From NCBI GenBank assembly GCA_905178155.1, contig CAJINV010000005.1:8244515-8308514 (forward strand): DNA of 64,000 bases, in the 5' to 3' direction. Below are positions 38,701-50,690 of this stretch, in pieces. The notes under the pieces are model-generated. The model saw only the letters and a program-made list of their open reading frames with translations. It was not told the origin of the DNA and ran no database searches. The translations under genes and the position numbers were made by a program. Position 1 is the stretch's first letter; each line of letters opens with the position of its first letter. This DNA comes from Amoebophrya sp. A120 (taxonomy: Eukaryota; Protista; Dinoflagellata).

Positions 38701-41513
38701 AAGTTGTAGGCTGTAGTGTAGTGGAGTTTAGCAAGGGAAGTTGCATAACAAAGCCATTTATCTATCCTGTTTACAGCATTACAAGTTCCAAAACACGACT
38801 GGAGCAAATGGCTCTCATGGGGATCATGCGCATTACACATGCTCCTGTACTAGTTGCAAACCTGCACGACAACTATGATTTCGGGACGTTTTTACTTTGG
38901 ATACAGGAAGTTCCGAGTAGAGCAGCAGCAGGAGCAGGAGCTACAACCCTCGCCGGGGTGAATGTGAACGGAAAAAACAGGATGATAGAACAAGAAGAAA
39001 GTGTGAGGAACAACTATGACAACACATCTTCGCGGAAAGATCTTCCAGTCTCAACCGGCGGCCGGAGATCGGCGGTGAATCTGAACAACAATCACAACCT
39101 ATCCTGATTAAAAACGTCCCCACACCAGAGTCAAGATGGCAAATCTGCTAGACAAATTAACCAGCCTTGGTTGTTTTGCATGACAAGTTTGTCCTCGTAG
39201 TGTAATCCTGTCAAGCTAGTTCAGAAGCATCACAGATCCAGCGCAGCATCCTGATTCTTGCATCACAAATTCCAAAACACGAATAGAGAATGCTTCTCAT
39301 AGGGCTCCGCGTGAGAAACTTTTTTGGCATGCTGAATTGCATGACAACTATGGGGTGGGGACGTTTTTACACGGGATACAACCGAAATAACGGAAGTAGT
39401 AAAACAGCCGCCGCTCTGCCTGGTTTCAACGACGATGGGGAAGTTATTGTGGTCCGCGAAGATCCGCAAGTAGATGCCGGGATGGAAGACTCGGCTTGTG
39501 AGGATGATGAAACTGCCAGAACTCCGAATGGACGCCGTCGAAATCTGTATGCGAAAAAGATGAGAAATGAGTTGAACAGGCGCACGATCCCGCCGCTCCG
39601 ACAATTTTCCGCACCGGTGGGAGATAATACACCTACGACTTCTAGCAGTCCAACACGAATGAATCAAGATGGCACGACGAACAGAAGGAAAAATCGCGTC
39701 AAGAACATCGACCAGCAGAGCAGCTCCTCCAGCGGCGACGACGAAACCAATGCAGAGGAAAAAATCCTGAGTTCAGAAGCCGCCATATCCTGAGTAAAAA
39801 CGGGGCTCACACCCCATAGTCAAGTTGGGATATCTGCAAGACAAATCAGCCAGCTTTGGTCGTTTTGCATGAGAAATTTGCCCGCGTAGTGTAGTGGTGT
39901 TTGAGGTAGTTTAGCAGCATGACAGATCTAGTATATCATGCTGATTGGAGCATGACAAACTTCAAAACACAACTAGAAAATACTTCTTATGGGGCTCCGC
40001 ATGAGAAACATTTTCAGCATGCAGATTTGCATGACAACTCTGGGGGTGGGGACGTTTTTACATAGGATACCCCACAGTGTCTACTTCGACGAGTCCGAAA
40101 GAAAATAGTAATCCCTCGCGTCGCAAGACCATCGCGGCTGCGGAGGATTGGCAGAAACGCGTGCGGAGGGAAGACCTCCGGACGCCACGTATCCTCCCTC
40201 CCACGAAACAGGAGTTTTTACAGATGACCGAAGAGGAAAAGCGGCAATACGAGAAAAGGGCGTTGCTAGGGTTGGTCCGAAGTCCGAAATGTGGCCGAAA
40301 TAGTATCGACGGGGAGGGAGAAGTAGAACATCAAGGGGTTTTCTTCATGGGACGAGATGAAAATGATCATGGCGAAGATCACGAGGTGTTGTCCAGCAGA
40401 TATCAAATGCAAAAATGTCTTGGTCTGGAACAAAGCAACTTGTCATGCTAAATCTGAATTATGTAAAAACCTGTGTTGCGTGAGTACCAAAAGCTGTCTA
40501 CTTTTGACCTAATCGAGAGGCAGTTTGTCATGCAGGATAGGCATGATCGAACTCTCACAGAATCTGTCATGCTATGTCCTACATGCCAGACCTCGTGGGC
40601 CATGGAAAACCTGCATGACAAGTCTGGCATTCTTCCAGACCCAGACATTTTTGCAGTTGATAGCAGACCGTCTGTTGCAAGTTCAACGACGACGATGAAG
40701 GAAAGGACAGGAGGACCACGTGACAGCAATTTTTTGCGCATGACGGAGATTGCCGAGGAAAATGAAAAGAGTAACGCGTTTTTCGGAGGTGGTGAAACAG
40801 CCGGTCAACATAACGAGGACGAAATAAATACCTTGAGGCAACGGTCTCTTTCATCGGAACAACACCATCATGTCAGAGCGACTCCGAATCTGCAACTTCC
40901 GAGGAATGAAAATAATGCTGATCACGCGGTGGTGGATCATGATAGCAGTAAACAGCACCCGCAAAGGTCTCCGATCATGAACACAACCCCTAAGAACACG
41001 ACCGGAAATTTGAACGAAGGTAGTTTTCATCCCGCAGGCAAATCCCCGCGGCAAATCCCGCCACTGACGTTTGAGGATGTGGAAAATCTGGATCCGGAAA
41101 ACACGACGCAACTGTTCCCCCCGGAAGAGACCCGGCCGGAGGAGCCGCGGCAAATCTGGACGAAATCCACGAAACGCGAGACCATGTGGAGCGAGGTTGT
41201 GGACGACGCGAAATTACAGGTGGAAAATGGCAGTGAATACGTCAAGGAGCAGTACTGGCGAATGCGGCAGAACTTCCATCGGAAGTGGAACTACAACGGC
41301 GGTAGAGCTACAAATGGTACTAGTTGTAACCAAACTTCTTACGGGGATATGAAGATGAACCAGCAACAAAATAACTGGTTCGGAACAGCGACACAGTGGG
41401 TTGGCGGATTTTTTGGTGGAAATAATAATTCTACGGGAAGTACTAGAGCTGCGGGTGCGAGGGAGAACAGGAATGCGATCAAGATGCAGGACGTCCGGCA
41501 GGAGATGGTTTGA
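26787..41513 (+). CDS. DHHC-family palmitoyl acyltransferase (DHYC variant) with long low-complexity N- and C-termini, ~21 exons
   Basis: One continuous frame after removing 19 introners and one GT-AG intron. Contains TM helices, TDPG, C..E..YKPDRTHFCS..GRNVLRMDHYCPW|LSNCVGYFNHKYF, NLTTIEF and YDINLYHNLKTVMG..FLWLLP. Confidence 0.88.
28169..29118. mobile_element. family H introner containing a nested Helitron-like insertion
   Basis: TIR plus TSD CGCGG/CGCGG. Confidence 0.8.
28203..28964 (+). mobile_element. non-autonomous Helitron-like element
   Basis: A|TCTATTATATT 5' end, perfect hairpin GCTCCGGC-GTTA-GCCGGAGC (28937-28956) then CTGG|T, no TSD; internal foldback 28225-28530. Confidence 0.65.
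30160..30463. mobile_element. introner family J (TIR TATT.C.ATGAAAAA.G.CCCCACCCC); also 54876-55184
   Basis: TIR plus TSD AACCC/AACCC. Confidence 0.8.
31077..31819 (+). mobile_element. HINE-like element, copy 3 (divergent 3' half), nested in family A introner 31033-32050
   Basis: Same subTIRs and hairpin CCGC-GGAC-GCGG; removal restores the host consensus CAACTTGTCATGCT. Confidence 0.8.
34847..36836 (+). other. canonical GT-AG intron of the DHHC gene, expanded by duplications and insertions
   Basis: TG|GTATAA...CTCCAG|G joins CPW-LSNC in frame. Confidence 0.75.
35110..36097. mobile_element. 988-bp non-autonomous TIR element (TAT...ATA, ~50-bp TIR, second internal IR) inside an intron
   Basis: TATGGGATGGACTCG.CCATTCACTACTATCACCATTCAAAAAACTTGG at the left and its reverse complement at the right, TSD ATTTT/ATTTT. 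Confidence 0.85.
37869..38019. mobile_element. introner family K (TIR TAT.CA..GTAAATT.C..GTACA.GTACAAA)
   Basis: TSD GAGTT/GAGTT; excision restores TTIEF. Confidence 0.8.
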
Positions 41514-42663
41514 GTAGATCTTCGATTTATATATCATTCGTGAAGAAAATGAAGATTCATTTGCCGTGCGCTGATCAACGATTCATCATGATCATATCTC
41601 GAATGTTTCAACTACACGACATCACACGCCGCGATACTGCATTTTTGCTCACAACTTAAATTTGCGTGTAACCACGTCGTAGGAAATTTTGCTCTTGCAA
41701 CGAACTAGTACCCCTAGTAGAAATCTGAAGTCTAAAAGTTGTTGTAAGTACTTAACCACGACCCCCAGGAACTGTTGTTGATCCCGAAATCATTTTACAC
41801 TGTTGATATAAATGGAATGACACGACTGCTGATGGTGTTGATAATAGAGACCCCATCAACTCGAGCAAATCAATCAAAGCACCGGTGTCGTGAATAAAAG
41901 TAGTTTCCTCATCTACCTATGATTTTGCTGGTATCATTTCCTAGACTTTTTAGCATCAGCACGACGTTACCACTAGGGTATCAGGGCAGGCTATTCCTGC
42001 CGCGCGTCGGAGGAGGGAGTTGCGCCGAGCCCCGCTCGATCTAATCATCATCAGCATCTAGAAGATCTACCTCAACCGTGCCTGCAGATTCTCGTTCGCA
42101 AGGACAGCCTCGCAAAGCACTTTTGCGCGACGTCGCTCTGCACTTCTGTCGATTGCAGATGACTTCGTGTGACCTTGAATAATTTTCTTCATTCCCTGCT
42201 TTATTGAACTTTTTTTCTAACCGCTCAAAAAAGAAGGGCACTCGTCTCGCAGCAGATTTTGGATCTAGGTTGTGAAGTAGCGCATTTCAATTATGTCAAT
42301 GCAACTGTGCTGTATGGCGATAAGAAAATATGATCGTACCTAGTAGCATCCAAGAAAGTGCTGGAGTCGCCTGCTTTATTTCATGCTGTACGATGGGGAA
42401 GATAGGACGCAAAGAAGCGCTTCGCTATTGCACAATTTCCACTCGCAAACTACTCCCAACAGGTGTGAAGCGGTGCTGCTTTACGACCCTGTTATTTGTG
42501 TAAGATTTCGAAGTAACTACGATGATTTTCGCTGTAATGCAAGTGAATTTATTCGATTTCCAAGACGCAGCTGCTCTATGGTTCTTGACGATAAAAGTGG
42601 CGAAGAGTATCAATGACCATAGAACAGCAGCACAAAGTGGCTTCTCGTCTTGAATTAGACGCG

Positions 42664-42778
42664 AGGTAGCTTTTGGAAAAGAACCCAAGCGACAAAACAA
42701 GTTGTACTACTGAGGAAAAACACAAGGTAGCTTATTTTGGAAAAGAACCCAAGCGACAAAACAAGTTGTACTACTGAG
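42664..42778 (+). repeat. ~50-bp direct tandem duplication, intergenic
   Basis: TTTTGGAAAAGAACCCAAGCGACAAAACAAGTTGTACTACTGAG occurs twice. Confidence 0.85.
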
Positions 42779-45472
42779 TTTAACACCCTCAGTACAGAAA
42801 ATACCTAAGTAGTTTCGAAGGCGATGAAGAACTGTAGCTGTCGTAAATAATGAGTTTGGAGGTCGTTCTAGATGAACTGTAGCACAACTCGCTGCTTCTA
42901 CGACGTGACGACCACAGGCCGCACGCGCTCGAAACTATCTTACCAAGGTTGTGAGGCAACATGGCTAACATCTGACACTACTTAAAAACTCCGTCTCACG
43001 GGGCCGGATTAGCCAATCTTGTCAGATGTGCAGCTTTGATGTCCTCTTAGCCTGGTTCTTCCTAGGGCAAAAGCTGTGTCGGGTTCAGAAGAGGAATTAT
43101 CTTTCCCCGCAGCATAATTACCAGATAGAGCACGAGATAGAAGTGGCAGTACTACTTTTCCCAAAGTAGATTCTAGGCACGTTGAAGATCATTGATAGAA
43201 ACGGATTTTTCACAAGCTGAAAAATTGATGAGAAGAAAGGTAATAATAAACGCCGTATTTCTACTACTATTTACGGGGACAATCCGGCCGCTGCCAAATG
43301 CGTCATTCAAGACATCAGCTTTATTCAATCTTCTAACCAGCAACAAAGCGACAGTTTATGACCAGTTTACAAAAAAAGGAGTACTCGATTTGTATGTAAG
43401 GCGACAGATATGAAGCAAATACTTAGTTGTATTGTCTTCAGCGACGTCCACCTCTCAGTTGTAGTAGATTCTACTACTGAGAAATAGTTTCATTTCTCAA
43501 CCGCGGCCCCCAGATTTATGGTACTACTACTATCGAAAGACAAACAGAAGCTCTACTGCACCGCCCTGCTGCCGCTACGCGAGCAAGCGAACTTGTGAGT
43601 CAGTTTCCTTCTACGATGATTTTTTCGAATCTCTCAGTACCACGACGGGTTTATGCTTCTATCCACCAAGAAAAATGATCTTCATAGCCGGGAAATAAAG
43701 CACACAGGCCTGCTTGAATACCGGCTGTTGACACGTCAAGCGCAGAGTTTTCTGTCGGTTCGTTTCTGTTTATACTTCTCTTCTGCTCTGCTGCGTCCGG
43801 ATAGTGGTGGTAGAAGTCAAAAGGAGGCGTGCGTCTTGATTTCAGGTTTTTAATTCGTACAATGGACAGCTTGTAGCTCCAGCAGTACTCTGTTCGCTAT
43901 CTACCTTTCGCTCGAACTGTTATTTTTGCTCAGTGCTAATATACTTATGAATTTATTTCTTATTCTTTACAGTTTTGTTTCTTTTTCAGGCCCTTCTTCG
44001 CACAAATTGCAGGGGATGAAGATGCCGGTGCGTTCTTGTTATCTTGAAGGGTTCATCTGAAGGGTTATGGATTTTTTGCTTTGTTTTTTTCACTTGGTTG
44101 AGTCTGTCACCACTTGTTTTCGTTCACTCTGACAAACTTCACACCAGGAGAAATAATTTTCGAAATTGACAAAATTGGAATTGGAATAACAGCAACACAG
44201 GCACGAAGAATATTAAGGTTGCTCGCGTTTCTTATCACATTTCGCAGAAGCGGCACAGACCGTTGTTTACTTTTCCTACGATCGCAGTGGCAGGAAAAGA
44301 ACGCGTTACAACAAGAACCTGAGACAACTCATGGCAACCAACTAAGTACCTTGATGAAGTTGTAAACAGAAGCTAGAACAAGAAGTCGTTCTATCCTGCT
44401 TCTCCCTGGAAGAACTAGAACGAAAACTAGGTACGTGTAGAAGAAAAATTAGGCTGCACAACTACAGCAGCGGCCATGAAATAGGGACCTCCGAGAGCTT
44501 GTTATTTGGTACAAAATTGTTGCAGCGGAGCTTGATTGTCCAGAGAGTTTGGCTAGATGTTGTCCTCGTTGGAACAAGGTTATTGTACGAAAATTGTCCT
44601 CTCACTGCAGGCTTCAGCTTCTGACTGTTGCAAAAAAAATTGCATAATCTCCTTGATTTTTTTGACCGAATGAACTTGAAAACCAGCACAACTTCTCGAG
44701 CTTGGCACTATATTGATATGAACTTTTGTCAACTAATACAGACTTGTTCATCTACTGTTGTGTGCGCACCCAAATAAAGAAGAGCAGACCCGATGCTGTT
44801 CTGTGGTTTTTGCAGCGGCGCAAAAGATTCATCATGATCTTCGACTGGCTTGCGATAGAAGTGAAATCTTATGTTGCAGCGCGCCGAGCGATAATATGCC
44901 AATGCTCTCCACTGGCACTGCGCCGTCTCGTCGTTGATGTCCATGACACGACTAGTCTACTGAGTTGAGAAAGCAGGACAGAGCAGAAAGCTCTCTTTTC
45001 TTTGTCACAACTGGACGAGTTTTTATGTTTTGAAGATAAGCACGGCTTGCTACAGCAACACTCCATCGTGTAGACAGTAGACTTGAGAACAATAATTCAC
45101 AGCATGGTACTCCTGCATATCCATTTCTTTCACAGTGGCGCGCGGAGGTCTTCTCGAGTTAGTGACGTGGAGCAAAATACTTATTTTCTAGAAAAAATGT
45201 AGAGACCACTTCTATACTAGAGCCACTGCAGAGTTGTCAGAGGTCGTGTTTGCGGCCCAAGATGAGGCCATTTTGTAGTTTCCTGTCTGATTTAAGACTA
45301 AGTAGCATAGTACGTACCAGATTTTTATATTTTGAGAGTGAGATCATGAAGCAAGAGCTGCCCAATAACTTTGCAATTTCGACCTTTTCAGGAACGTAAA
45401 AAAAGTTGAGTTTTGGGAAGATTATTTTAGAGGTTACAGTGTAAAGCACGACTGCTTGTGCTGTAGTGCAAG

Positions 45473-48400
45473 ATGGCCTCACGAGAGGGGGAGATGACCT
45501 GGCTCCCAGAGCAGCATGAGGAGCAGCTGCAGCTGGGGTTCAGGATCATAGACAATGCGTTCAAAAACAAAATCCACGGCCTGGAGCAGGAAATAAGAGC
45601 ACTGGTATTAGTACTGAACAAGTTTACTAGTGTTTCGCTGCATGAAGAATTTGGCATGCATCTGATGCATCAGATCATCGGAAGGAGAAGATATAATACA
45701 AATATTGCATGACAAAGTTACAACAACAACTCATCCAATTTTAACAGCGACTAACGAACGAAGAGAAGACGCAGCAGGTCACGGTGCTACAGAAAAAAAA
45801 CTCAAGTTTAGCTATCAAACTGGGATGAAAAATTTGCGCTTGCGTGTATCATCATCTGTAATGCTCGCAGCTGTGTATGAAAGTTAAGTACGAGTACCAA
45901 GAAAAGCACAAGGATCTGTGTTATTTTTTTCATGCTGTACGTTCTTTCCGAATTAAGTAGGCTTTGGCTCTTTCACATACCTTGCTCCGCATTCCAGAAG
46001 ATTCAGATTGGTGCAGTGAGTATGGGGAATTTTTCCGGTTGCATAAGCCAGGTCGAATTGATAGAAAGCCACCAGAGGACACAGCAGCTAGGCGAGGAAA
46101 ATAAGGTACTTACTACTCAAGAAATTTTTTGTGCCAACAACTGTTGATGCAGCGAATGCTTGACTCGGTGCGATTTGTGATGCGTATATGAAAATGTAGT
46201 TTGCGTTATTTGTCATGCTGTCGTGTTTGTTGTATGCACAGGGTTTGTCTTCATGCCAAGTAAATTTTCAATTACAAAATAAACAGGAACTGTTCCGAAC
46301 AGTACAAGCGCTGAAGAAGCAGGTTAGCAGACTAGACGACCTGAAAAAAACACTCATGGCAAGCTATCCGGAGTAAAAACGTACCCACACCAGAGTCAGG
46401 ATGAGGATTTTGCAACACAAACCTAGGAGTTTTGTGAGTCACGCATGACAAAATTCGCTATGCAGTGTAGTGCAGGTTAGCAAGTGCAGCCGCGTCACAG
46501 ATTCATCTGCTCATTCTGTTCACAGCATCACAAATTCCAAATTACGAGTGGAAATGGCTCTCATAGGGATGCGCATTACAAGTCTTCCTGTCCTTGCAAA
46601 TCTGCATTACAGCTCTGGTGTGGGTACGTTTTTACTCAGGATACAAGCTTGTCAGACGTGGAACAGCAAGCAGTAGAGGACGCAAGCTCACTGTATTATA
46701 CTGATTTTCATTTTTTGTCATGCTGGACTAGTGAACTGATACTGAATTGTGATGCTGTCAGTATTACATGAGATGGGCATGCCCATGCAACAATTTCTGA
46801 TGCAATAATCGCTATTTACAAAAATGAACCACACACGACTCACGACACAGGTTAATGTCAGAAGAGTACCTGAGTATGAAATGCAAATATGTCTGGGTCT
46901 GGAAACTTGTGAAGCAAGAAAGGGAATAGTAAGCACACTGTAATGCGCTGCCAAGCATGACAAGTTTTTCCGTGGTTCTGAGTTGCGTACTCCGCATGAG
47001 AAACTGCGTTTTCGCATGACAAGCAAAAGGAGCTCTTTGCGGTGACGCAACACAGAGTTGAGAGTCATGCCAGACTAGCATAACAAATCTCGCAACTCCC
47101 CAGACCCAGACATTTTTGCAATGCATACTGAGAAGTGCAGTGCCATTAACCGCCGCGAGCGTGACGGGCGTCCCTATGAAATGCAAAAATGTCTGGGTCT
47201 GGAAGAATGCAACTTGTGATGCTGCATTTGCATTCCAAAAAAATCTGTATTGCATGAGCAGCAAAAGGAATGCGATTTTTGCTACGCGGAGAGGGCATTC
47301 GTCATGCGGAATACGCATCAAGATGCCCTCAAAACATCTGTGCAGACATGATGGCGCATGAAAAACGTGCATCACAAGTCACAGAATCTTCCAGACCCAG
47401 ACATTTTTACAATCCATAGTCCCATACCCAAGGCAAGATGGTAGCCCACAGAACGGTAGTAGAATTTGTGTTGCCATTTTGCATGCATAGCAAACGGTGT
47501 TAACAGAAAAATTCGTGATGCAGAATGATCCTACATCCCATGAGGGATCTGTCATGCAATTGTGCTTGTGCAATTACCTTTACCGATCTCTTCACAGTCC
47601 TCCGCTCTTCCTACCCCGGCGGGTCGAACGCCCAGGGCGGTGGTGCGCAGCCGAGTGGCCAGTACTCTGAGTAGAAGCGTCGCCACCCCAGACTTGTCAT
47701 GCGTATTTCTTGCTAATAAATACGTAGATTATATGATCTCATGCGCAGGAGACCCAATAACGAGCTAGCAGTTTCTCATGCTGTTTATGACTTTGTCATG
47801 CTCTAAGGAGCATAATACGCTAGATTTGTGATTTGACGCCGCTACTAGCCAACCACGACTGCTGCACTAAAGACCCAAACTTGTCATGCCGGATATCCAA
47901 ATAACCTCGTTGATTTGTATAGCAGATTCCCCAGTTAGTGTGACTCTTGGTTGGGGACGTTTTCGCATAGGATAGCCAGCTCCAGCAGCAGATAAATATG
48001 GAGGGCGTCGGCTCCCCTGCTAGCGGCGTGGACGGGAAGCAATTTTTCCGCAACGCGAGGGCAAGGTTGAGCTACGTATCAAAGTGAAAAATCCCCCCAC
48101 CCCATACTCAAACTAGAAATTTGTGATGCAGATTTGTGGTCACAAATCAGCTTTGTCATGCTAGAAGGGAAAAGATGCGGACTGTAGTGCTGGTTGGCGT
48201 GGGAAAGCCTTGCATCTTCGGCATGACAGGGGGCAGCTGGAAGGGGGAAACAGCATGACAAATTGCCTGCAAACGAGGCCACAGCTGCGTCTCTTGGCCT
48301 TCTAGCATTACAAGTCGATTTGTGTACTCAAATACAGCATCACAAAATTCGTTTTCGATATGGGGAGGGGGGATTTTTCCTTTTGATACTACGAGGCCTT

Positions 48401-48973
48401 TAACTCCTTCCTCGCGAACATAAAACGACTGAACAACCACCAGCAGACGCGAGACGAGACCCTATCAAGTGCTCATATGTCTAAGTCTCCGAGATTGCGA
48501 GGTTTGTCATGCTCGTCTGGCATGACTCTGGACTCTGTGTTGCGTGGCCGCAAAGAGCTCTTCTTGCCTGTCATGCAAAAACGCAGTTTGTCATGCGGAG
48601 TACGCAACTCAGAACCAGGAATGCCCTGTCATGCTTGGCAGCGCATTACAGTGTGCTCGCTATTCCCTTCCTTGCATCACAAGTTTCCAGACCCAGACAC
48701 ATATTTGCATTTGATAGACCCTGGATGAGGCGCAAAGAATTTTCGGCGCGGAGCACCAGGATTTATATCGAGAGTACTTTCTTAATGTTAATGTTGAATG
48801 ATGTTCATTTGTGATTTGTCTGTGATGCATGAAATGAATGGTGCGGATTTTTGCGCTTGATGTGACCATGGAGGATTTTTTTCCCGTCAAACTTGCGCCG
48901 CATCACAAGGTTTTTTTTTTACATGATGAAAAATTCTTTCAGGTTTGTCCAGCTCCTGAACCGGCATGCGTAG
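45473..48973 (+). CDS. At4g15545-like conserved coiled-coil protein, with a mix of GT-AG introns and introners
   Basis: Spliced: MASREGEMTWLPEQHEEQLQLGFRIIDNAFKNKIHGLEQEIRAL...VELIESHQRTQQLGEENKELFRTVQALKKQVSRLDDLKKTLMAS...VDGKQFFRNARARLSYEAFNSFLANIKRLNNHQQTRDETLDEAQRIFG...FVQLLNRHA*. The C-terminus resembles the At4g15545 family (recognised from memory, not searched). Confidence 0.75.
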
Positions 48974-50690
48974 CGATCACAGGAGGAAAACTACATGTGG
49001 AACAGCCCTTCGTCTAGCACCTCCAGTTGAGCCGGAAGATTATTATCCCAGTCGACGGAAATTGTGAATCGAATATACAAATCACCAAGTCAATATTGAT
49101 AAAACACCTCAATAAAACTACTCCTGTACCACCCACCTCGGGCTCGCCAAGCTCCAAAGCTAATGATAAACAGTTTTACGACTACTACTTTTACAAGACC
49201 AGTTGAAAAGCAATACCCGTTTTTAACATTTTACCAGTCTTTCAAAAATCAACAGAGTTCAACAGATCTCAGAATCAGATAATACGTGCTGTCTAGTAGA
49301 TGACAAGCACAGCGACGAATTACAGAATCAGACAAAGAAGTTGTAGAGAAGCCGGATTTGTATTTCCGGGTAAAAATTCTCCAGCAGAAAAGTTTACAGT
49401 AAATAGTTTACACAGAAGAACAAGAGGATTCTTGTTGATTCGTAAGAGGGAAATAAGTTTACAGCAGATACAGTAGTCTGCCTACTTAAGTAATATGGGG
49501 TGGCTGCAGCGCCGGCACTTCATTGAAAAACGAGTATAATTTCAAACGCACCTAAAAAATCTAGCGACGGCCCTTTACGATTCTTTCGAGCCAAGCGCCA
49601 ACGAATATCTTCACGTCGGTGTAGTTAGCGACTACGACTACGTATTGGCGACGGCAAAATGCAAGGCGAAACTGCGAAGAGTAAGTACTATGCGACCGCG
49701 GAGAGACAACCGCGACTCCGCATATTAGCGTCTGGAAAATCGGTATCGGAGGCGACAAGGATTTTCAAAAGAACGAATGGATTATAGAAGCCGAATGGAT
49801 TATTTGATTTCGGCGAGCCGCAAGTAGTCGCATTGGACCACAAAATGTGAATCTGGAACGTGCTGATGGCAACTACATGTGAAGAAAACTAGAGAAGATG
49901 GAAAGACAAATAAAAATCGAGCATCTCGATAAAGATTTTAGCCGACATCAATTTATTTTACACGACGAAAAAATAAATGTCCAAAGTGATAAAAGATTCT
50001 CGAAGCAAGCGACAATAAATTTTCCCTCTCCACACCGTTGTGGTCCTGCAGCCGGTTATTTTCAGCGCTGCAATACGATGTCCTCTCGAAGGTGTACGTA
50101 GAAATGCGATGATCAGCGAGGTGTTCTTCTTTATTTGGGGGAAAAACTACTTGCGGATTTTTACATCTTTCACTTTCTGCAAGCATGCCTTCTGCTGGTG
50201 AATCGTCTTCAACACCTGTAATTATCGTCATTTAGAGCTGCACAAAAACTACTTATACGGAACAATGTCATGACTCATCGTCGGCACGCATATCAAATCG
50301 TCCTTGCATGTGCAAATCGCCACAAACTTATTAATTGTGTGGAGCGAAATAGTAGAGAGAAGTGCCATGATCTGAATCGCAATTCGGATTATACTTGTAC
50401 GAAGTAGCAAAAAAATAAAAATCGTTGCCAAGGTGCTGCAAAATTCGCCCCTTTGTCGTTTGATATCTCGCTCGGTGCTTCTATTTCTGTGCTTCACTTT
50501 GAATCTTCGAGTTTGACTTTATAGAATGATGTTGACCGCGGTAGTACTTAGCAGCTCTTGCAGCTAGCAGAGCTAGATGTCTTCTTCTAAGTAGCGATCA
50601 AACTAGTTGCGAAGCCAATGTGGTACGAACAGCATCAGGTAGTTCTTGACGAAAGTAAATGAGTTTCATCAACATGTTGAAATCTTCAAG

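Noticed and set aside
41520-45470. Possible hidden gene, ncRNA or dinoflagellate spliced-leader relic in the long intergenic tract
   Set aside because: Only short ORFs; no tRNA/rRNA structure or CCGTAGCCATTTTGGCTCAAG match seen by eye
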